Shown: in pieces, positions 56,895-64,000 of the stretch
Position numbering within the stretch: the first letter of the stretch is position 1
Layout: each line of letters opens with the position of its first letter
Notes under the pieces: generated by a model
The model's input: only the letters and a program-made list of their open reading frames with translations
What the model was told of the DNA's origin: nothing
The model's database searches: none
Made by a program: the position numbers and the translations under genes
IMG/VR virus record: IMGVR_UViG_3300047552_000910
Coordinates: 34,930-98,929 of that record
Origin: a virus
Length of the DNA: 64,000 nucleotides
Direction: 5' to 3' (one strand)

Positions 56895-57230
56895 TTATAC
56901 TGGTATCGACAAATAATATGTAGATAACAAGCATGTCAAGTGTAGCGCCTGGTCTAACCCAATCGTTATAAAAAACCAATGTCGTTCATCGTGTGCCCAT
57001 AAAACAGAAGTTACTCGTGAAGTAATATAATCTACCACAAAGTGTAACATAGCATTAATTACTGCAAAATAAAACGATATTGGAATAAACAATACGCCGT
57101 AAATTAAAACATGTTGCAATAATATCATATTACTCTTTGATTTATTAATTGCAACAGTATTAGATTGTAGTACAAAATCTGCAACAAAATGAATCCAAAC
57201 CAATAAAATTATTATATGAAGTGATATCAC
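56895..57230 (-). CDS. DUF3307-like membrane protein
   Basis: HFVADFVLQ...A..K, H..IY, HF.VD, GLDQALH. Confidence 0.75.
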   Translation of the reverse strand: MISLHIIILLVWIHFVADFVLQSNTVAINKSKSNMILLQHVLIYGVLFIPISFYFAVINAMLHFVVDYITSRVTSVLWAHDERHWFFITIGLDQALHLTCLLSTYYLSIPV

Positions 57231-57949
57231 ATCAATTTACCATTTAATAGTTTAATAGAATTGTCTATGAATTCGTTGATACTTACTAATTCTTTTTGCC
57301 ATTTTCCCGTTAAAAACTTATGAGTATCTCCGTCGTATGGATATTTCCAAGATTTAGATATTTCTTCGTGGGTTCTATTGCCAAAGTACTCTTCTTGTTC
57401 ACGCACAATACGATCATTATTGTCATTATCTTTTGGAAAAGCATAATGATATAATCCGGGGGTAGATTTGAAGAATTCTTTACATTGCTCATAAAACCAA
57501 ATAGCTTCCGTAATCCAATTCTTTTCTAACGAAAGAAAAAGCGGACACTTATATGCCAGTGAATATTCTTTCTTAAAATTAGGGTACGGATCAAATTGGC
57601 TAATTGGCATGCTTGTTAAAATCTTATTTCTTTCGAAAAGCATTTTAGGTTTCCACTTAGAAACATCTTCAGCTAACATCGAAGTTGGCGCACCTAATTT
57701 AATTTCTTCGTCCGCGACATAATAAATTTCTTGTTCAAAATACTTAGACGAGTAGCTTTTCCAATCAGAGTTATACTCAAGGGTGTTTAGCAAATCATCG
57801 TCATCAAGGATGCCGTTGCCTATAACATTAAACAATTGATCCATTATACGAACACGGGCAATTTCGTAAGTAGTACCTACTCCACTAAAAAGTGCCGGGT
57901 ATTTGACTATCTGATATTTAGTGTACTGCTCTGGTGTGAAAAGTTTCAT
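57227..57949 (-). CDS. Hypothetical protein
   Basis: Start moved to MKLFTPEQ because the track's extension overlaps a separate upstream gene. Confidence 0.6.
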   Translation of the reverse strand: MKLFTPEQYTKYQIVKYPALFSGVGTTYEIARVRIMDQLFNVIGNGILDDDDLLNTLEYNSDWKSYSSKYFEQEIYYVADEEIKLGAPTSMLAEDVSKWKPKMLFERNKILTSMPISQFDPYPNFKKEYSLAYKCPLFLSLEKNWITEAIWFYEQCKEFFKSTPGLYHYAFPKDNDNNDRIVREQEEYFGNRTHEEISKSWKYPYDGDTHKFLTGKWQKELVSINEFIDNSIKLLNGKLM

Positions 57950-57950
57950 A

Positions 57951-58130
57951 TTACGTTGCATCGATCCATTCAAACTTTCCATTTTCTGGATTAAATCTAC
58001 CACAATTATGGTCAATTGCTTGTTTAACAGTCAACGTATGTTCTATATACATCGCTACTGAACAAGTGGATAATCCTATAATTATCCCTAGAAGAATTAA
58101 CAAAAGCGTACCATCATATAATAATTTCAT
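57951..58130 (-). CDS. Small membrane protein, 59 aa (not in ORF track), paralog of 58130-58315
   Basis: MKLLYDGTLLLILLGIIIGLSTCSVAMYIEHTLTVKQAIDHNCGRFNPENGKFEWIDAT. Confidence 0.75.
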   Translation of the reverse strand: MKLLYDGTLLLILLGIIIGLSTCSVAMYIEHTLTVKQAIDHNCGRFNPENGKFEWIDAT

Positions 58131-58315
58131 TAAGGTTTCGACTCGTTAGTCCATTCAAAATTGCCAGTTTCTTTATTAATGTTTCCGCAATTATGTTTAA
58201 TTGCTGAAGAGGTAATTATGGAATTTTCAATATACATTCCTACAAATATTCCGCCTAATGTCATTAATAGCATAATGGTAATTACTAATACAGTACTATC
58301 GCAAACTAGTTTCAT
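58130..58315 (-). CDS. Small membrane protein
   Basis: TM helix + AI.HNCG..N.E.G.FEW. Confidence 0.7.
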   Translation of the reverse strand: MKLVCDSTVLVITIMLLMTLGGIFVGMYIENSIITSSAIKHNCGNINKETGNFEWTNESKP

Positions 58316-58658
58316 TTTTTAAATCCCGTGCTTTCCGTGCAATCTTTACAAAAAGTTCTAACGCATGACTATCAGTTAATGATGAATTATTTTCGTAAGA
58401 CGTCAACAAATCAACAACCGTATCTAATATTAGTTTGCTTTGTTCTAACTGAGAAACATAGTTTCCATATCCAAAATATATAAATCGGCAATCTGGGTTA
58501 TTACATATAAAATCTGCAGTTTCCCAGTTTACTGAATTTAAGTAAACACCTTTTCTTCTAAGCGCAGTTTTGTTTAATCGGTGGTAAAACTGCCCGGGAG
58601 CAGTAATAGACGCCGCAACTTGCATCGTTGTTGTGCTATTGCACTTTATACAATTCAT
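58296..58658 (-). CDS. Hypothetical Zn-ribbon-like protein
   Basis: CxxC ... CxxxxC. Confidence 0.5.
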   Translation of the reverse strand: MNCIKCNSTTTMQVAASITAPGQFYHRLNKTALRRKGVYLNSVNWETADFICNNPDCRFIYFGYGNYVSQLEQSKLILDTVVDLLTSYENNSSLTDSHALELFVKIARKARDLKNETSLR

Positions 58659-58940
58659 TTACGATTCCGTCTTAAAATTTGATGGTAAAAGCCTATGTTT
58701 TAGTTCTTCGAACTCCTCATCAGAATAGTAATTAGTATACAACTCGATTAAATATTTACGAGCTTGCACTAGTAGTTCTTCAAAGGAATACTCGTTTAGA
58801 AACTCTTCAGTTTGTTCTCTTGAGAAATAATCTCTAATAGAAAAACAAGCCCACGACACAATCTGATTATAAGTGCCAGCAGCCAATTGCAAATCTACTA
58901 ACTTATTAACAAGTTCGGAATCGCGGTTCATTATAGTCAC
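58659..58940 (-). CDS. Hypothetical protein
   Basis: Coupled ORF. Confidence 0.5.
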   Translation of the reverse strand: MTIMNRDSELVNKLVDLQLAAGTYNQIVSWACFSIRDYFSREQTEEFLNEYSFEELLVQARKYLIELYTNYYSDEEFEELKHRLLPSNFKTES

Positions 58941-59215
58941 TTCACAAATTCAATTAATACTTCATGTTTTGATAATTTAGATACAGACAGAAATCGTTCT
59001 TTAACAACACCGTCTAAAATACCAATATGGGTTAATGACCACGGATAAGAATGGCCGTGATCATCATCATATCCACTAACTGTCTTATACACTGCATCAT
59101 ATCGTTTATTTTCGATAATTAACGTAGCTTTTGGCTTTTTACTAGTATCAAAATTGGTTCCGTTAATAGTAAACTTTCCGCCTACCCACCCGCCTTCATA
59201 TTTTAAAATATTCAC
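58937..59215 (-). CDS. Hypothetical protein
   Basis: Coupled ORF. Confidence 0.5.
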   Translation of the reverse strand: MNILKYEGGWVGGKFTINGTNFDTSKKPKATLIIENKRYDAVYKTVSGYDDDHGHSYPWSLTHIGILDGVVKERFLSVSKLSKHEVLIEFVK

Positions 59216-59760
59216 TTTATTTCTTTTGTAATAGAATATGACGTTTCGTCGTTAAATTCGGAAACTTGCTCGCAAGTAAATTCGGCAGCAACTAACCACG
59301 GTGCTAAGTCTTCTTTGATTTTAGCAGACACTGCGTCTTCAATATAATTGGAGATTGTATCAAAAATTCGCTCTTCAACTCTATCATAGATTTTATTCAG
59401 TACGCGATCAGTTAAATCTCTAATAAAAGTCTTAGTAATATTCTTGGGCAACTCTGCTGTGACGGACTCAACAAGTTTATCTTCTATACTTTTCAACAGT
59501 TCTTGATCTAGTTTTTGTATAGTTTCTTTAGTGCGAAATTCAGATACTTGAACATCTCCAAAAGAATCAACTTTGAAGCCTAGCACTTTGCGAGCTAATT
59601 CTCTTGCAACATTTGTTTGATCTTTAATCATATCGCACTTGACGCCGTCAAGTACTTCTTGAATATATTCTGCTGGAGTAGGAACGGGCGATCTTTTCAT
59701 TAAAGAAATCTCGTTAATTAAATTAGAGTTTATTATAGCAGAATCAAGCGAAGGTATCAA
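59212..59760 (-). CDS. Hypothetical helical protein
   Basis: 182-aa ORF. Confidence 0.5.
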   Translation of the reverse strand: MIPSLDSAIINSNLINEISLMKRSPVPTPAEYIQEVLDGVKCDMIKDQTNVARELARKVLGFKVDSFGDVQVSEFRTKETIQKLDQELLKSIEDKLVESVTAELPKNITKTFIRDLTDRVLNKIYDRVEERIFDTISNYIEDAVSAKIKEDLAPWLVAAEFTCEQVSEFNDETSYSITKEIK

Positions 59761-59954
59761 GTTTCATCAACAACGCCGATAATTTTGCAATGCTTATTGC
59801 GAGGGAGATCCTTTTCGCAAGTTTCTATAGCGGATTTTATAATATTTCTGGAAGATCCGTTCCAAGTTATGTTAATTATACTAATTGTGTTTAGTGCAAT
59901 AGCTGCACCGATAAACATATAAAAGATATTTGGCATATTAACTTTCCTGCCCAT
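59757..59954 (-). CDS. Small membrane protein
   Basis: TM + CEKDLPRN.HC. Confidence 0.5.
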   Translation of the reverse strand: MGRKVNMPNIFYMFIGAAIALNTISIINITWNGSSRNIIKSAIETCEKDLPRNKHCKIIGVVDET

Positions 59955-60423
59955 TCATTAAGTCGTTTCTGACTTTTGTCAATGCTAACCCTAGCCAATT
60001 TTTACCGGGCCAGTTTTTTGACGGAGTTCGTTTCGCATCAGTTTCATCTAATCCAATTCCCCATATCTTATCATAAGGAGATGCTTCTACTAGAGTTTTC
60101 GGTGCAGTATCGATAAGAATCTTCTTTAAATCTTTATTTTGAGAAAACTTACAATGATTACCTAATACAACAATATCCCTTGCTCGATTATTCCATTTGT
60201 TTTCATCGAAATTAGATACTTTTCTTCCTAGTGCTTTTTGTTGACGCGGGTTATTAGTTTTTAATATCTGAAGGGCAATTTTCTTATCTTCAAATAAAAT
60301 TGCCTTATGATACATCATAAACTGTTCTGCTGTACAAAACTTAATTCCGAAATTATGAAAAATAGAAGGGTACCATTGCGAAAATGGTCCGGACCAGAAA
60401 AATTCATATTGCTCTTCGTTCAT
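59938..60423 (-). CDS. NADAR (YbiA-like) family protein
   Basis: FSQWY, TAEQFMM.HKA.LF.D, K.LGR.V..FD...W, KFSQN..L...L..T, LVEASPYD.IWGIG, G.N.LG..L..VR. Confidence 0.9.
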   Translation of the reverse strand: MNEEQYEFFWSGPFSQWYPSIFHNFGIKFCTAEQFMMYHKAILFEDKKIALQILKTNNPRQQKALGRKVSNFDENKWNNRARDIVVLGNHCKFSQNKDLKKILIDTAPKTLVEASPYDKIWGIGLDETDAKRTPSKNWPGKNWLGLALTKVRNDLMNGQES

Positions 60424-60437
60424 TAGAAACTCCTTAG

Positions 60438-60632
60438 TTAGCAGCCGTCGTCATTAGACCAATCATAACCTTCAATTTTTCTTCCCCATGCGCCACAAAC
60501 GCATTCATGTGCTCCGTGTGCTGCACAAATGCAAATATAAGATAGGATAGGTTCGTTATATTCATCGAGCAATAATAATCCGTCATCGTCGGTATGATAC
60601 TGCATACCGTCAATTATCGTAGTGCCGAGCAT
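60438..60632 (-). CDS. Small Cys/His-rich hypothetical protein
   Basis: CICAAHGAHECVCG. Confidence 0.45.
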   Translation of the reverse strand: MLGTTIIDGMQYHTDDDGLLLLDEYNEPILSYICICAAHGAHECVCGAWGRKIEGYDWSNDDGC

Positions 60633-60667
60633 TTTTTTAGATCCTTTTAAGATTACATCAATCGATG

Positions 60668-61390
60668 TTATGTTTTTTTCTTAGCTTTAGTTGGGCGTGT
60701 ACGAAAACCGTACTTATGGTCGAACCCGTGTTTTTTTATTTTAGAAGAGTCTTCCACTTCTATCATTATATTCTGCGGGTATGACAAGATTCCGGATAGC
60801 CACATGTCTAACTCTTGGAATGCTGAATAAGGGTCTAGTGCTTTATATAATTGATAATCACTAAGGTTGTCGTTAATAGTAATTGCATTTTCAAATAATA
60901 CAAAATTAGTTATTTTATTTTGTATAAGAAAATCAACATCTTCGTTTGTTAGTTTAATATCAAAGAATCTTTTTGTTGAATTTTCCAAAGAATTAGTGGC
61001 CATCACTAAGCCATTTTCTTCTAAGTATTCAGAATACGAGTCGTAATCATAAAAATGAAATGATTCTCTTGCCATAAACTCGGTGTGATCTTCGCGGATC
61101 ACTTCTATAGTCGGATATGCTTTACCACAAAAAACAATTAGATAGTTATTATGACTATACGTGTATTTTCTAAATTTCGACTTTGCATCTATTGTGGTTT
61201 TATAATACCAGTAATGACTGCCGATTAATTTTTTGATAAAACGAGAAATAATTTCTTCAACTAGTGGAGGTTTTGTGGTTTTAAACTCAACGCCAAACGC
61301 TTTCGGTTCGCGGAGATAAACAATATCGGAATTAGTATCGTAAGCGAGTCCAATGTCATAATAATCATGAAATGGAGAAACAATCTTCAT
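60668..61390 (-). CDS. Hypothetical phage protein
   Basis: MKI.S.FHDYYD start; L.D.Q....LDPY.AFQE..M.L...K...HGFD...FR end. Confidence 0.65.
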   Translation of the reverse strand: MKIVSPFHDYYDIGLAYDTNSDIVYLREPKAFGVEFKTTKPPLVEEIISRFIKKLIGSHYWYYKTTIDAKSKFRKYTYSHNNYLIVFCGKAYPTIEVIREDHTEFMARESFHFYDYDSYSEYLEENGLVMATNSLENSTKRFFDIKLTNEDVDFLIQNKITNFVLFENAITINDNLSDYQLYKALDPYSAFQELDMWLSGILSYPQNIMIEVEDSSKIKKHGFDHKYGFRTRPTKAKKKT

Positions 61391-61398
61391 ACTGTTAC

Positions 61399-61857
61399 CT
61401 AATTAGAAAGTTCGTTGTCTAAATTCCAAATTCCGTGATGAGCAATCCATTTACAAATACCCGGTAATGGTTTCATTTTGCGTTTCTTTGCGCACCAAAC
61501 AATTGGTCCGTAATCTGGATCTTTTTCGTAATGTTTAAACAAGTCTTCGAATTCGGAATAAAGAACTTCCTCCGCATCCGCCCCATAATTAAAGCAATCA
61601 TTAACATTTAAGTTAATAGAAAATAACTGTTTTTGGTGTTCGGAGAATTCTTTCTCGAACCAATGATTGTTGATGAAGAGAACTTGATGGGACAGCAATA
61701 ATGCTAATGCATCATTCTCTTCGAACTCGGTTTTAGTTTCCCCTGCCGCCGTTGTGTACGTAGTCCAAGGAGAAACGTTAATATTATATTCTTGATCTTT
61801 CATTATTTTCCTGTATGCAACCGGCGTAAGTTTAACATGCCAGTTGCATACAGTCAA
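61399..61857 (-). CDS. Hypothetical protein
   Basis: 152-aa ORF. Confidence 0.55.
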   Translation of the reverse strand: MTVCNWHVKLTPVAYRKIMKDQEYNINVSPWTTYTTAAGETKTEFEENDALALLLSHQVLFINNHWFEKEFSEHQKQLFSINLNVNDCFNYGADAEEVLYSEFEDLFKHYEKDPDYGPIVWCAKKRKMKPLPGICKWIAHHGIWNLDNELSN

Positions 61858-62147
61858 CCTTACTTCGTTATCGAAGTATCTTCGTGTGGCGAAATAGGAG
61901 CTGCTGTATTATGGTTTTCCGCTACAACAACACCACCGGCTAGTAAAACTACAATGATTCCTACGACTGCAAACATTTTCTTTCTCCTGTTATGTTTAAG
62001 TAAGTATATTATACTATACTTATATATCATAATCAAGACAAAAACTAGTGGCAGCAATTTTTAGAAAAGATTGCGTATATAAAGAACAGAAATAGTCCTC
62101 CTAAAGAAGCAATTGCAGAGTAGAGTAAAAAGTAAGAAACAAGAGCA

Positions 62148-62363
62148 TTAATCATTATTTTTCCTAATAGTATTTCTATATTTGTTTTGCGACCTACGAA
62201 CTTGCCTCTTTGTGTCTTGGTCGTCGCACCGACAGATATCGTCCCACGAATTAGGGAGATTCTTAATTCGTCGTTTTGGACGAATTAAATCTTGGATTTC
62301 AGTATCTGCATTAAACTTCATTTCGTTATGAGACTTTGGATTTCTATAATAAGAAAGTGCCAT
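62148..62363 (-). CDS. Small basic hypothetical protein
   Basis: YR.PK..NE...R.KR....LP.SWDDI. Confidence 0.55.
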   Translation of the reverse strand: MALSYYRNPKSHNEMKFNADTEIQDLIRPKRRIKNLPNSWDDICRCDDQDTKRQVRRSQNKYRNTIRKNND

Positions 62364-62496
62364 ATTATACGTGATCCAATATTAAAAATATTAAAGTTAA
62401 CGCACTAGCCCAACACAAAATGACACACAATTCGAGCATCCTTGGTTTTTGTTTCAAGTTAAACATTAAAATTCCTGTTAATGTTAATATTTACTA

Positions 62497-62555
62497 ATTA
62501 TAAACAATATCTAGCTAATTGTCAACTCCTTATCAAAAATCATAAATATTAAATA
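62497..62555. promoter_or_regulatory. Back-to-back promoters: TTGACA-17-TATAAT (-) and TAAATA x2 (+)
   Basis: Motifs at 62497-62525 and 62543-62555. Confidence 0.75.
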
Positions 62556-62571
62556 CCAGTAGGATACTTTT

Positions 62572-64000
62572 ATGTTCGATTTTCGATATTATCTTGATAT
62601 TTTAACAGAAGCGCAATATGATTCTTTTGTCGATGCTATTAAACGACAATTTCCTGATCAAATAGAATCTATTGCTAATCATGTTAACTGGGCAAAACAA
62701 AATCTTAAGAAAGCAGATCGCATCACTTGGTATCTTAAAATTCTTCGTGTATTCCTTTCGAATGAAATGACTCCTGCAATAACTGGCACATATCAATTTT
62801 CTTCTATGGAGCAACTCCAACAAGACTTACTTCATTTTTACGGCTACAACGATGCTGCTATCGAGAATTATCAATTCTCTAGGCAAACAATTTCCAATTT
62901 AATACAAGATCTTAGTATATTGGAGCAGCAATTTCAAAAGAAGCAAAATGCAGAGAAGGGCGTGGCTCAGCAAGAAGGAGATTATAAGTTATTTGAATTT
63001 TCGGACGGGTCTGCTTGGTGGTATGTAAACCGAGCATTTTGCGATGAGGAGGGCAGGAGTGGTAAACATTGTGGTAATGTAGTAGGGAAACATAAACAAG
63101 ATCAACGTATATTATCTCTTCGTAACTCACAAAACCAAGTAATACTGACTTTCATCTTAGAACCGGAAAATACACTTGGCGAAATGAAAGCCAAAGGCAA
63201 CCGTAAACCCGATGAACGATATCATCCGCACATAATGAAGTTATTATTATGGGACAGGATTATAGGAATATCTGGCGAGGGGTATTTAGCAGAGGCCAAT
63301 TTCTCTATATTTGATTTAAACGAGAAAAACCTTAGCATTGTTTATCAAAACAAATCTAAATTGATATCTGATCAAATCTCAGTTAACCCGCAAGAAATAT
63401 TAACTGCTCCTAAATTTATACAAGACCAATATAAAGACATTGCGGTGTCTAAAATGCCCGGATTAAATCATTTAATCGATAATGGAATGGACATTGGTGC
63501 ATGGGAGCAAGCCGTAAGAGCAACACCTCAATTACTAATTTACCTCCCTGAACAATTATATCAATCTTATCCTAATTTCGAACGTAAAGTAATCGACGTC
63601 ATTGCATCTGATTCTGACGGGAAGATTTTATTAAAGACACCAAGTAGATTATCTAAGAATCCAGAATTTCTTAAGAAATTATTATATAGGAATGCAGAGT
63701 TAATACAAGCAATTGTACCCACGGTTCGTAATTATAAAGAATTAGCAGCAATTGCTTTCGAAGAAAATCCAGATGTGTTTATGTTCATCGACGATTCTGC
63801 TAAAACAAAAGAAATGTGTTGGGATGCGGTAGAATTCTCATATGATAATCTTGGAGTTGTGCCTACTACTATCGAATCATATGAACAACTGGCCTTAAAT
63901 ACCTTAAGGGAACATCCTACTATGATGTCTGCTATTCCGGAAGAATCACAAACTTTACAAATGGTATTACTTGCGCTTCGCGGATCTGTTACTTTTATTT
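62572..64000 (+). CDS. Large hypothetical protein with PcfJ-like domain and helical repeats (3'-truncated; not in ORF track)
   Basis: MFDFRYYLDILTEAQ...C.EEG..G.HCG...ILSLR...LTF...LGEMKAKGN.KP...YHPHI..LL; appears open to the window end. Confidence 0.7.
   Translation, partial: MFDFRYYLDILTEAQYDSFVDAIKRQFPDQIESIANHVNWAKQNLKKADRITWYLKILRVFLSNEMTPAITGTYQFSSMEQLQQDLLHFYGYNDAAIENYQFSRQTISNLIQDLSILEQQFQKKQNAEKGVAQQEGDYKLFEFSDGSAWWYVNRAFCDEEGRSGKHCGNVVGKHKQDQRILSLRNSQNQVILTFILEPENTLGEMKAKGNRKPDERYHPHIMKLLLWDRIIGISGEGYLAEANFSIFDLNEKNLSIVYQNKSKLISDQISVNPQEILTAPKFIQDQYKDIAVSKMPGLNHLIDNGMDIGAWEQAVRATPQLLIYLPEQLYQSYPNFERKVIDVIASDSDGKILLKTPSRLSKNPEFLKKLLYRNAELIQAIVPTVRNYKELAAIAFEENPDVFMFIDDSAKTKEMCWDAVEFSYDNLGVVPTTIESYEQLALNTLREHPTMMSAIPEESQTLQMVLLALRGSVTFI

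Noticed and set aside
62602-63130. Two - strand track ORFs near the right end
   Set aside because: Antisense to the long + strand ORF starting at 62572, which has promoter, SD and domain-like content
1-64000. Stop-codon reassignment, as seen in some jumbo phages
   Set aside because: Recognisable genes are full length in the standard code, and TAA, TAG and TGA all end genes at expected positions

Overview
AT-rich, gene-dense 64-kb segment of a large (jumbo-type, T4-like in regulatory logic) dsDNA tailed bacteriophage read in the standard genetic code. Most genes lie on the - strand. In order the window holds: a putative base-modification locus (TGT/DpdA-like protein, Gfo/Idh/MocA oxidoreductase, PduO-like adenosyltransferase); a replication module (clamp-like protein, clamp loader, and a family-B DNA polymerase fractured into two genes by a split intein with a Vsr-like endonuclease between them); putative head-internal proteins; ClpA/DnaJ/GroES chaperones; a lysis cassette; collagen-like virion proteins; queD invaded by a GIY-YIG-like endonuclease that appears to have supplied a recoded replacement 5' end; nucleotide and RNA-repair genes (dUTPase, DNA ligase, IF-1, kinase, HD hydrolase, phosphoesterases, two Rnl1-like ligases); an inverted 9-kb receptor-binding-protein island; and a run of small early genes including NADAR. 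The best candidate for an undescribed system is an operon at 49.2-52.4 kb. There a sigma70-type promoter drives a ~207-nt structured non-coding RNA and a second short hairpin sharing a GGAU..G(A)UUCAGCAAC motif, followed by a Ro60/TROVE-like (DUF2828-vWA) protein, Pth2 and an RNA ligase, which resembles a phage Ro/Y-RNA-like RNA/tRNA rescue module. Two promoter classes are visible: TTGAC(A/T)-17-TATAAT and (AACAGG)TAAATA. No tRNA, rRNA or CRISPR array was seen. All family assignments come from motif recognition by eye, not database searches.
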